A stretch of 64,000 nucleotides of DNA from Octopus sinensis (Eukaryota), in the NCBI RefSeq assembly GCF_006345805.1, contig NC_042997.1:177568001-177632000 (forward strand), given 5' to 3'. This document shows positions 1 to 12,400 of this stretch, one piece after another. The position numbers were made by a program, and so were the translations under genes. Positions within the stretch are counted from its first letter, which is position 1. Every line of letters begins with the position of its first letter. Below the pieces are notes generated by a model. That model was not told the origin of the DNA, did no database searches, and saw only the letters and a list, made by a program, of their open reading frames with translations.

Positions 1-240
1 CCACAATCCAACTGAATCCATCTGATATAAAACGCATAAGGTTCCACAACAGAATCCATTACATATAAAATGCATAAAAATTTACAACACACTTCACGTA
101 AAAACTCCATGACTCTACAACAGACGCCTTTACACATAGAGCACTTAAGAATTTACAGTAGAATCCATTACATATAAAACACGCAAGTCTCTACAACAGA
201 ATCCACCTCATATAAACCACAAAAGCCTACAACAGAAATG
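1..240. repeat. Degenerate ~38-bp minisatellite, about 6 copies
   Basis: Recurrent unit resembling AGAATCCATTACATATAAAACGCATAAG..CTACAAC starting near 12, 51, 160 and 198. Confidence 0.7.
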
Positions 241-374
241 AATTGATAGTGCAAGCGAGACGCAATAAAACATGCAATAAATGAACATTCAAAACGCAGT
301 AGAAATATTACAAGACCAATCACACCATAAACAAGGCAATAAAGTAAATCGAAACGATTATGAAGTGCAATTCA

Positions 375-700
375 AAACGTAACTACAGAGAATGCGTCGC
401 ATTGTTTTTGGTTGCATAGTCTAGGCCGAAAAGGAATGTCTCGTAAATGCAGACAAAAGAGAATTGTAGCTTTCATACACTGGAAACTTTGCAAACATTA
501 TGGAATACCCATAACAGTTGTAGACTCTGTTAAAGGTTTCACAAAATGTCAAAGTGACCATATTATAAATCACCATATTGATTTATATAGACATGAAAAT
601 TAAGGCAAATCGCACAGCAATTATATTGTCAAAGACACGAGGAAACGAAATGTCATCTAATCGATGTATCAGTTTCGACGGTGCAGTTTAAGAAGGTAGT
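375..700 (+). mobile_element. R4/Dong-type non-LTR retrotransposon relic, C-terminal zinc-knuckle/REL endonuclease region
   Basis: Translation across frameshifts gives RIVFGC.VL..KE...RIVAFIHWKLCKHYGIP ... IDMKIKANR..I.VKD...CHLIDVSV, resembling R4 HIVSGC..LA..EY..RHD.V...IHW.LC and RPDIVV.D....C.LIDVSVP. Stops and frameshifts present. Confidence 0.7.
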
Positions 701-1001
701 TATTAATGCTTCTCGCTACACTTCCAAATCAGAACAAGGCTTGCTGCACACACTCTTCTTGACAATGATTGTACAAAAGGTGAACATGGCAAATTGATTA
801 TATTTGATTATATCGGCAGCAACGAAATCATCCACAAGAAAATTGGATTTGACTTCGAAAATCTAAAGTCTAAAATCTAAACCGAAAGCAGAGACGAAGT
901 CCATACTGATGCATGTATATGTGAATATGTATGTGTATATATAACGCGAGTTAACACAGGATCCCTTGACGACAGTGTAACCTTCATTTGACTAAGGTAT
1001 C

Positions 1002-1090
1002 TTTGCCCTGATGAGTAGCTAGCGGAGCACCCCCCGTTTGGGTAATTACTACTTTCGAGGTTCTACTAACTATGAAACATATGTAGTCCG
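1002..1090 (+). ncRNA. Minimal hammerhead ribozyme motif with long stem II and degenerate stem I
   Basis: CTGATGA 1008-1014; stem II GTAGCTAGCGGAG / TTCTACTAACTAT (11 of 13 pairs including G-U); GAAAC 1074-1078, ATAT loop, GTA 1083-1085. Stem I pairs poorly. Confidence 0.6.
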
Positions 1091-1212
1091 GACTTTATGT
1101 ACTCCGTTCCCTAAAATGGGATTTTTATTCGCATACACAGCAACCCCAGTTGCTAACTGTAAAATATAAAATAACTTTTTTCAGCTTATCGAACTTCGGT
1201 AAGGGAAAAAGA

Positions 1213-1610
1213 TTTCTTCTTCTATTTCTTTTTCTTCTTAATCCTTTTTTTTTCCCTTGTGGAGCATAGAGCCTCAACAGTTGTTTTCCACTTTTTGAGG
1301 TCATTGGCGTGTTTCTTGGCTTCTTCCCATGTCAGGCCGGTGGTCCTGAGCTGCTCGAAAATGCTCCGCTTTCATGTCTGCTTCGGGCGTTCTCGCTTCC
1401 TATTCCCCTGCGGGTTCCAATCAAGTGCTTGTCGTGTCACATTTCAGGCTTCTTTCCGCAGTGTGTCCCCGATCCATCTCCATTTCCTTCGTCTGATCTG
1501 AACATGTATGGGCTCCTGGTTGGCCCTTTCCCACAGGTCGGTGTTTAGCACTCTGTTGAACCACTTCAGATGGAGTATCTGCCGGAGACATTTGTTGATG
1601 AAGGTCTGAA
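1213..1610 (-). mobile_element. 5'-truncated RTE-clade LINE, 3' end
   Basis: Minus strand translates to QTFINKCLRQILHLKWFNRVLNTDLWERANQEPIHVQIRRRKWRWIG.TLRK..NVTRQALDWNPQGNRKR.RPKQT..., with two internal stops, then an (AAG)-rich tail. Confidence 0.9.
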
Positions 1611-1798
1611 AAAAATTTACAACTTCCTAACGAAATGGCTTATTTTGTCTGCATTTACGAGACATTCATTTTCGGCCTAGACTATGCAATCAAAAAACCA
1701 CTATTGCTCCTGAAAGTTGTTTTTTTATACCTTTTACGGACTGCTCGAAACTTATAAACCTTCTACACCTTGATCCTTGGATTTAAACTTTATATATC

Positions 1799-1833
<35 letters not shown>

Positions 1834-2706
1834 ATATATTATATATATATATATATACACTACCTTGTATGTGGGTACATAAAACAATATGCATGTGTAC
1901 GAAGAAGAATATCCCTATTAACTTTCTCCGGTATGGCTAAATTGGTGGCCTCTAAATTAAAATGCGTAACTTGGATCCGATGAAGATATTCATAAAAATA
2001 ATTGTGACCGAACGGAAACAGTCTGTCTCATGCAGATAGCATACATAGATATTTCATTAGAAGCTGGAAATTCTAGTGATAATATTTTCATTATCCGGTA
2101 TCAAATATTATATATCAATATTCGCTGGCCACAAAATCATATATGTGTGTATGTGAGCATGAAAGTGCGCGTGGGAGCGTGTGTATATGTGTAAGTATGG
2201 ATATATATATATATATATATATCTGTGTGTGTGTGTGTGTATGTATGTGTATACATATGTATATGTATGTGTGTGTATGTGCGCGTGGAAAATTATTGCT
2301 TTAGCAATATAAAAATATATATCCACTGAATTTAAAAGCTCGAATGTTTCACATACTAAACTTCAATATATTATTGTTTCTACTCACTAATTCTACTCAC
2401 AAAATATGTAGAAGAATAGAAATCAATGATCCGAATGATATTTCGAAATTTCGCTAGTATGTCCTACGGCCGTTTCGGGGCCAAAAATACAAGTATCATC
2501 AGCCACTAAACATTATGACTAATTAGTTTGTGATGAATAAACCATTTCGTTAGGAAGTTCCATGATGATTAATAGCTGATGATGTTTGTATTTACGGTCT
2601 GAAAACATCATCAACCTTCATTGGGTCATTCGCATCACTATTTTCTATTTACACATACACACGTGCACACCAACAGAATACTCGACGTTGCTCAAGCTGA
2701 AAAGTA

Positions 2707-3272
2707 TTGGGTTGTCCGGAAAGTTCATGCCGATTTTTAAAGGAAAGAAAAAGGTCAATAAATACTTGCTATTACATTTTTAATCAACCAAATATGAACC
2801 ATTGTGTTGCACAATGTGCCTCCAGCTTTCCTTTAATTTGAAAATATCCTCATCCCAGAATTGAGGTAGTTTCATGGTAAAGAATTCATTAAGGTATCTT
2901 TTTACGTCATCCAAGGAATTGAAATTTTTACCATTAAGACTATTCTGCAGAGACCTGAATAAGTGGAAAACCGAAGGAGCAATATCTGGTGAATATGGAG
3001 GGTAGGGTAACACATCCCAGCCGAGCTGCAGTAAGTTTTGTCTGGTTCCCAAATCATCAAGTGCCGAAAATGAACTTTCTTATCTTCCATTTTAAAGGGT
3101 TACAAAATTAACTCAAGTATTAGAAACATAAACCTTCTTCCACAAAAAGATAGCTTAAAGTGTGCTCTAAATGGAGGTATAGTCAAATCCTATTTCATGG
3201 ACTCAACCATGTTCTAAAATAAGTCGAAAGATAAGCTACTATAAATCGGCACGAACTTTCCGGAAAACCCAA
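2707..3272 (-). mobile_element. Internally deleted mariner element, 566 bp
   Basis: 30-bp TIRs TTGGGTTGTCCGGAAAGTTCATGCCGATTT / AAATCGGCACGAACTTTCCGGAAAACCCAA (2 mismatches), TA on both sides. Encodes N-terminal MEDKKVHFRHLM fused out of frame to C-terminal LGWDVLPYPPYSPDIAPSVFHLFRSLQN. Confidence 0.95.
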
Positions 3273-3956
3273 TAAATTTACTTGACTCAAATTTGTTTTT
3301 AATAGAGATATATTCAGTTTTACTGAATAATAGAATACACTTTCTCTTGAATACAATTTCTCTTGAAAAGCTATCTATCATCTAAACAATAAAGCTGCTT
3401 TCTTGTTAAGATTTGCTGATGAGCTAAAGAAAAGTGTTATTTCATAGATAGGAAGACAGCGCATACATATTAATGCTACATAAGTGTAATCAAATCACTA
3501 TCCATTCTCACGCTTGGTTTTACTTCATTGGCTAAAATCAAGAACACATTGATTGGACTGGGGAAGAAATACGGAAAAAAATAATAAAGGAATGAACAAC
3601 TTCTGCAAATTGTTTTAGAAACACTTTTGCTTACCATATAAAGGACATCATTAATTGTAACTAAAACTATTTTTTAACAAACTTTATTATCTTTGTCGCT
3701 GTATTTCGGTAAGGTCATTTCGCCAATATTAAGCACACGCACTGGTTATATTTCACTTCTTCATTATTCGTCAATTGATTGTTTAGCCAATTAACCAATC
3801 GATTTGTTTGATTCGGTTAATCAATCACGCAGCTATGTTGATGAAAATCCTTGTATCGCTATTCGCGACCTCTTAAGTAACATTCTGGGTCAGCCTGGTT
3901 TGCGTCTCTCAAATTTTTTCAAGATCCATTATTTGAACAACCTGTGCAGATATGTG

Positions 3957-3997
<41 letters not shown>

Positions 3998-4022
3998 GTA
4001 TATATATATATATACATATATA

Positions 4023-4170
4023 TATATAATATTAATTCGAGACAAAACCACTATTTTGCAAAACAAACAAGGAAAGACTTAATCAATACATAAAAATTTT
4101 TATGTATTGATTAAGTCTTTCCTTGTTTGTTTTGCAAAATAGTGGTTTTGTCTCGAATTAATATTATATA
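4023..4170. repeat. Perfect 148-bp palindrome (74-bp arms, no spacer)
   Basis: Arms checked base by base; centre AAAAA|TTTTT at 4096/4097. Confidence 0.95.
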
Positions 4171-4247
4171 ATATTTTACTATAAAATTGGATTTAATCCT
4201 AAATCTGATTTTTTCCCTGTAAATTTGGATTTATTCCCTAATATTTA

Positions 4248-4284
<37 letters not shown>

Positions 4285-5008
4285 TTATTGGACGCTCAGG
4301 AAAGGAAAGAAAGAAGGATCATTTACGTTTCGAGCGGAGCTCTTCGTCAGAAACATAGAAAAAGGAAATATCCAAGGAAGGGAAACGGAGGAATATATAT
4401 ATATATATATATAATATATATATATATCTATTTATACATATCTGTCTGTCTATCTATTTTTACCGAGTGCACTTTTAAGCAAATTCTCTAGCTTTATCGA
4501 TTCAACATGGAATAGAATCACTGAGAAAATATCATGCAATGATAAATAGCTAATCGAGTTGATGTTGTTATATCAGCAGATACACCATTACAAATAGAAA
4601 AAGTTGCAAGTATTTAAGTGTTCTTGGATCTGATATTGTATGTTAGTATTCAGTTTCATAAATCTCTCTTTAACAGTATTTCTACTGATATTCACACGTT
4701 TTATAACAAACTCTATATAAGTCACTAAAGAAAATGGTGCACAGTTCACAAAAGCTTCTGTAATGCATTCTCCATCACTTAGAGATCTTCCATGATAATA
4801 ATAGCTGCGACAACTAAATGGGAAGGTCCTGTCAAGAATTTAAATAATATCGCTGATTGGGAATGCTTCGCTTTAACTGTTAGAATACATATTCTTTGCA
4901 GTCTCCAGCAGTTTATTCTTTAAACTTACTTAGCGTCAACACGTCTCTATTATGTTCTACGCTCAACAAGCTCTCTATTAAGTTCTACGCTCAGCATGCT
5001 CTCTAACC

Positions 5009-5697
5009 AATTCCGCCGAGGTCGACTTTGCCTTTCATCCTTTCGGGGTGGATAAATTAAGTACCAGTTACGCACTGGGGTCGATATAATCGACTTAATC
5101 CGTTTGTCTGTCCTTGTTTGTCCCCTCTGTGTTTAGCCCCTTGTTGGTAGTAAGGAAATAGGCATTTCGTCTGTCGCCACGTTCTGAGCTCAAATTCCGC
5201 TGAGGTCAACTTTGCCTTTCATCCTTTCGGGGTCGATTAAATAAGTACAAATTACGCCCTGGGGTCGATATAATCGGCTTAATCCGTGTGTCTGTCCTTG
5301 TTTGTCCCCTCTGTGTTTATCCCCTTGTGGGTAGCAAAGAAATAGGTATTTCGTCTGCCGCTACGTTCTGAGCTCAAATTCCGCCGAGGTCGACTTTGCC
5401 TTTCATCCTTTCGGCGTCGATTAAATAAGTACCAGTTACGCACTGGGTTCGATATAATCGACTTAATAATCCGTGTGCTGTCCTTGTTTGTCCCTTCTGT
5501 GTTTAGCCCCTTTTGGGTAGTAAAGAAATAGGTATTTCGCCTGTCTTCATTTCTGAGTACAAATTCTGCCGAGGTCGACTTTGCCTTTCATCATTTCGGG
5601 GTCGATAAATTAAGTACCAGTTTCGTACCGAAGTCGATCTAATCGACTGGCCTCCTCCCCCATAATTTCGGGCCTTGTGCTTTGAGTAAAAAAGAAT
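5009..5697 (+). mobile_element. Tandem array of SINE group A core units (~184 bp, three full units plus a last unit with the canonical tail)
   Basis: AAATTCCGCCGAGGTCGACTTTGCCTTTCATCCTTTCGGGGTCGATAAATTAAGTACCAG recurs near 5009, 5193, 5377 and 5561; the last unit ends CCTCCTCCCCC..TTTCGGGCCTTGTGC. Confidence 0.9.
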
Positions 5698-5894
5698 ATT
5701 AAAAGAACTTTACCACCCATAACAACAACGCCATATTTTTCATTCCACCAACTTTTGAAAATTTCTTCTATTTCCGTTTTTTTTTTGTGAAAATTTATTA
5801 TTTATTTATTCATTTATTTTACAGGTGATGCCGTTATGATGAGGTTAAGAAAACGAAAAAAAAAAAAATGAAAAACGACTATATTTTTTAAATA

Positions 5895-6657
<763 letters not shown>

Positions 6658-7360
6658 TTCGAGAAATAAGAGTGGATGGCGAAATCAGCGGCGCTTTGTT
6701 CGATCAAAATTGGCCTAGGGTTAAATAACAGCGATAATAACAATAACAACAGTTGCTGCAGTAGAGCTAGTTTAGGAATAGTGAACTTCTTAATGCAAGT
6801 CGCGTCACGAATGCATTTCACAATTGGACATCGTAACACGAAGAAACTTATTCAGTCTTTAGATATTGTTTAGATTCAGTACGTCCTATAGTTCCTTGAC
6901 GGAATATTGTTTGCCCATAAATATATTGGCACACCTCTTCTAATCAATCATAAGGGTGATCAAGTTCGCTTTTCGAAGAAAGCGTGTCCTTCCACCTGAT
7001 CGATAAGAGAAAGTAAAATAAATGAAAATTCCTTTTTTCCGTTCTCTGTGTTACTACAATAAATAAACTGCGGTATTCAACAATGGATTACAATGAGACA
7101 TACCCATAACCAACACGTCCTTACAAACTGCAGCAAATTCATATGTTTATATATTAAAATATTTATATATTCATAGCCCATTCATGGCGAGTTCCAAACT
7201 ATTGAAAATACACTTTATTATGAAAGTCCTGACCATCACCCCAGAACAACCAAGACAATCGCAAAATTACAAACGCAGGTGAACTCAAACAAATACATAC
7301 ATACATACATACATACATACATACATACATACATACATACATACATACATACATACATAG

Positions 7361-7620
7361 GAGCACTCCGTCGGTTTCGATGACGAGGGTCCCAGCAGAT
7401 ACGATCAACGGAACAGCTTGCTCGTGAAATTAACGTGCAAGTGGCTGAGCACTTCACGTAACCCCTAATGTAGTTCCCACGGAGATTTTTGCCAGCTGAG
7501 TGGACTGGAGCAATGTGAAATAAAGTGTCTTGCTCAAGGACACAACGCGTCGCTGGGAATAGAACTCACGACCTTTAAATCGTGAGCCGAATGCCCCTAA
7601 CCACTAAGCCACGCGCCTTC
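7361..7620 (-). mobile_element. tRNA-derived SINE group B, tail Y, internally deleted
   Basis: Minus strand has A-box TGGCTTAGTGG and B-box-like GTTCTATTCC; collinear with 8989-9316 but lacks about 70 bp. Confidence 0.85.
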
Positions 7621-7916
7621 ACATACATACATACATACATACATACATACATACATACATACGTATGTACGTACGTACGTACATACATACATACATAATA
7701 CATACATACATACATACATACATACATACATACATGCATACATATCGTACTGTCTACAAAGAAAACTCGTGAAAAATCGCTAGGAAAACATGAAACAAAA
7801 CTTAGCTGTAACGGGTTAACTAATTTGCATCGTTTCGCCAGCGGCATGATTAAAAAATTAATAAAAATTCATCTTAGATATCCTAATACACGCTGTATTG
7901 TGCATACGAGTGGATA

Positions 7917-8569
7917 GGCGCAAGTGTGATTGCGCAGTTATAAGCTTGCTTTCCGGCTATATGCTCTTGAGTTTAGTCCCCGTTCGCGACGCCTTGAGCA
8001 AGAGTGTTCTACTATAACTACAGCCCCGAGCTGATCGAAGCCTTGTGAGTAGATTTAGTAGATGGAAACTGAAAGCCCGTCGTGTGTGTACGTGTGTGTG
8101 TGTGTGAGCGCGTATTTGTGTGTGTATGCATGTGTATAAATATTATGTACACACACAGAGACACACACACACACATACAAAATGGAACAAGAATGCAAAA
8201 CATCCAGACAGTTAGGTGATACAAGATAGACGATACAAAACATCCAGACAGACGATACAAAGAAAACAAGGACGGGTCATTCAGAGTTTTCTTTCCTCCG
8301 TCGAGTTCCAGATTATCTTTGCAATTTCGGCTGGTTATACTCGAGATTGCTCCAATCTGGCCAGCCCCAAGGAAAAAATAAGTTAAGAGCATTAGATTCC
8401 TTGGAAGAAAGCAGCGAATGCATGTGAAAACAAGAGCGGAAAAAAACGGAGATGGTTACACAAATACAAATAACATGACATAACAACAGGTGTCTTTCGA
8501 CTAAGGACGAATTAAATTAAGCTGGCGTGTGTGGAAATAAAGCCTTATACATACATATATATATATATA

Positions 8570-8661
<92 letters not shown>

Positions 8662-8950
8662 TCAGCATGGCCGCAGCTCTGAGCTGAAACTAGAAAAAGA
8701 AATATATATATGTGTGTGTGTATGTATGTATGTATGTATATATGCATATATATGTGTTTACTTTGTATATGCCCTTCCCCACCGCTTGAAACTAGTGCTT
8801 GTTTCGTTAAGTCCCTGTAAGTTAGGCACAAGAGACTGATAGAATGTGTACCAGGCTTTAAAAAAAAAACTAAGTATTGGAGTTTAACTAAAACCTTTAA
8901 GATGATGTCTCAGCATGGCCGCAGTCCATTAGCTCTAAACAAGCGGTAAA
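7917..8950 (+). mobile_element. SINE group C halves (7917-8085 and 8760-8950) separated by unrelated sequence and (TA)n
   Basis: AAGCCTTGTGAGTAGATTTAGTAGATGGAAACTGAAAGCCCGTCG and CAGCATGGCCGCAGTC motifs shared with 45485-45915. Confidence 0.6.
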
Positions 8951-8988
8951 AGGTAATTATTTAATTAAGCCGCTGATGAACACATAGT

Positions 8989-9316
8989 TAAAAAGACTCC
9001 GCCGGTTACGACGACGAGGGTCCCAGCTGATACGATCAACGGAACAGCTTGCTCGTGAAATTAACGTGCAAATGGCTGAGCATTCCACAGTCACGTGTAC
9101 CCTTAACGTAGTTCTCGGGGATAATCAGCGTGACACAGAGAGTGACAAGGCTGACCCTTTGAAATACAAGTACAACTCATTTTTGCCAGCTGAGTGGACT
9201 GGAGCAACGTGAAATAAAGTGTCTTGCTCAAGGACACAACGCGTCGCCGGGAATCGAACTCACAACCTTACGATCATGAGCCGAATGCCCTAACCACTAA
9301 GCCACGCGCCCTCATA
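8989..9316 (-). mobile_element. Full-length SINE group B (tRNA head, middle module 1, tail Y)
   Basis: A-box TGGCTTAGTGG, B-box GTTCGATTCC, middle TGTCCTTGAGCAAGACACTTTATTTCACGTTGCTCCAGTCCACTCAGCTG; probable TSD AACA(C/T)ATAGT at 8979-8988 and 9317-9326. Confidence 0.9.
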
Positions 9317-10454
9317 AACATATAGTATGCCTATCGTTATAAGCCATTAGAATTAAGGTTTGTTTTGTGTTTGATTTACTATAAGTTCTCTTCGAGTCAG
9401 ACGTTCTGTGTACAACATCATTTATGAAGATGCACAATGAAGGCTTGAAAATCCTGTAATTCAATTACTCTAATTTTAGCTTAGGTTTTATAACACGCGC
9501 CGTTGTTGACCATAATTCTGTATTAATTATTTAATCACGCTACCGATGAAAGCAGAGTATACCAATTAGTATCGGCATTAGAGCAAAGTTCTGGTTTATA
9601 TTTGATTTATATAGCGACTTGACATCGGTTCTCATTGTAAAGGTAAGTGTCTTAGATGAGCAATCATAGAACCGTGAATCACGTCAGGGCAATCGTCGTT
9701 ATTTTTACTGGCTATAGTAAAATGATTATTAATAAGTGATAACATATATAACGAGATTAATAAGTGATAACATCGGTTTAAACTTGCATAGTACAAGGTT
9801 TAGAATACTGTATTTCAAGTAGTTGAAAATTGAACTTGGATTTTTAATAAATCCCATGCTGTGCATAAATATTTATTAACGCACACTTATATGCAGGCGC
9901 GTACACACACATGTATGTACGAGCGTGTGTGTGTGTGCGTGTGTGTGCGAGTGTTTGTGTATGTGTGTGTGTGTGTATGTCTATGTACGTGTCTGTATGT
10001 GTGCATCTAATGTAATAGCTTAGCAATTAGCTATTGTTTGAAGTTTCAACGTAAGTTTAATAGTCTTCGGAAGGCTTTCATAAAAGTCAGCAATAAAATT
10101 ACGAATAAAACATGCAGAATACTGTGAGGAGAAGGAAAACACAATTAATTGGTTAAATGGGTGTCGCGTTACTGTGACATGAAGTCAGTTGATAAATCTA
10201 GCCGGCAGATATTTATAGTGTGAAAGAAGAATAACTCACAGAGTTCCATTAGAAAGGGAGGTAACAAAAAATCGATTCTAGTTAAAAGAAATAAATGGCT
10301 AACCAAAAATATATTTAAAATAATAATAATAATGATGAAATTATTGTATACAGTGCTCAGTACAAATGTCTGGAAAGTGAACAGTGTATGAGTCAGATAC
10401 ATGCTTGCGTGTGTATGGAGAGAAGAAAAGAATTTGTATCGATATACACACGTA

Positions 10455-10600
10455 TATTTTACAACATCTATCTGTGTTCAGATTGTCCTCGTACAGGGGC
10501 CATCCGGACTACCGTCTTCGCCGTGAACAAGAGTTTATCTTCTCTCTTCGCTCCTTTGCACAACATGGGCTCAAAATCTCCTCCCATTTTCACCTAACCC
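10455..10600 (+). mobile_element. Penelope-like element, extreme C-terminus of the GIY-YIG domain
   Basis: QHLSVFRLSSYRGHPDYRLRREQEFIFSLRSFAQHGL resembles the Penelope C-terminal R..REQ..IF.L.T..PHGLN. Confidence 0.65.
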
Positions 10601-11114
10601 CCTACTCTCTCCTCTCTTCCTCTCACACCCACTTCCCACCTTCACTCCCACCACTTCTCCTCTCTCGCTCTGACCTATTTACTCTCCTCACTCCTACCCA
10701 CTTCCTCCATTCCACCCTCTCCCTTCAAAGTCACCCCTCCATCGTTACCCCAGCCCTTCACATTCCAACCCCACCATCCCTATACAACCCCACCCCATCA
10801 TTCATACACCTACACATGCACACACGCACACGTCAAGGTCACCAGCCCCTGTCCACACACACATACACACTCTCACATACACACGCACGCGCACCTTCGT
10901 TTTGGGATCTCCCCGTCATCCTAGCTCTCCTGTCTCACCACTCAGTCCGGCATTCGCCATAATTGATCGTTAAACACAATTTTTTTTTCTCTCCCTGTTT
11001 ATTTGTGTGTTCCTTTCTGTAAAAGATTTTTTCACTTCCCGAGCGTTAAACTTATTGCATCTGTTTGTTGGTTACACACCCGTCTTCGTCTTTTGTTTAT
11101 TTTTTGTAAATTCC

Positions 11115-11155
<41 letters not shown>

Positions 11156-11345
11156 CAGGTCAACAGACAGACGGATAGAAAGACAGATAGATAGATAGAT
11201 ACATACATACATACATACATACATACATACATAGACAGATAGATAGACAGACAGACAAATAGATAAATAGACAAATATATATATCTGTCTATCTATCTAT
11301 CAATTTATCTGTCTATGTAAGTATGTAAGTATGTATGTATGTATG

Positions 11346-11425
<80 letters not shown>

Positions 11426-12064
11426 CAGATAGAAAGATAGATAGCTAAACATCCACCAACATACATAATTACATAAATCCAAACATGCACCTACGCATTT
11501 GTTTATTCACCTATACAACACGCATACACACACACACACATGCACACACACATGCACACAGCTCATGCGTGTATGCACGCACGTTGCTACACATGCTATC
11601 GAATCATACAGAAAGTAGGATGAAGTGAATATAGATGAAGAAAGCGTGAGTTAATACATGGGAAATGTTTGAATGAAACACATGGTGACAGAGGTAGATG
11701 GGGATAAGTGAATAGGAAGGTGACAAGAGCTTAGCTTAATGTTACGTATTAGAGAATAATATCCAAGCGTCAATAATTCGTAGTATTTACTCATGAGAAT
11801 CTGAATGTTCAGGGTATAAACTCTGACATGGATATCTAGGTGAAAATTAAGATCATAGCGATGAAAGCTCAGTGAAGCAGTTATATCACTAAACAAGTGA
11901 AGTGTATTAACCGAAAATTGGAGTGATAATGCGAGAGCTGAAATCTTTAAATCTTTGAATACATGCATATTTAAATCCGCATGATTTGTGAGATGGAGCC
12001 TTTATGGTTAAATAATACAGAAAACTTTGCCGGTTAGCTGCTGGTAGAATTTGCCAAACATCAA

Positions 12065-12400
12065 ATCACCGTCTATCCAACCGTCCATTTTTGTCGCCTA
12101 TTATTCCAAGGAGGGCCGTGGTGCAGAGTTTGCAGGCACATCCTCCACAGAAACAAACCGTCATTAATCATTCCTGATGGATTCCCAAGCATAACCAACC
12201 GAGACTGAATATTGTCCAACAATTTTGTTCTTGATCTACCTCAAGGTCTTCAGCAAGTTGTGTCTCTCAATGCGGAAAAGGCAACGGCTCCTGTCGAGTA
12301 ACGTTACTTCAGAGAACCTCCTGAAGAACCTAATTTAGGCCGCGTGTATTGGTCGTCGTACTCTTGGTCATTATCCAACCTTTATGACCATAAGTGAGGA
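12065..12400 (-). mobile_element. Old RTE-clade LINE 3' fragment
   Basis: VLTYGHKGWIMTKS..IHAA*IRFFRRFSEVTLLDR resembles RTE VLTYGHE.W.MT.R...IQAAEMRFLRR..GVT..DR; frameshifted; GGAT-like tail remnant. Confidence 0.7.

Noticed and set aside
4570-4900. Possible RTE remnant (DTPLQIEKV..FK.LGS)
   Set aside because: Needs two frameshifts in about 20 codons and has no convincing continuation.
9245-9312. tRNA gene-like A/B boxes here and at other SINE heads
   Set aside because: No complete cloverleaf; they continue into SINE bodies.
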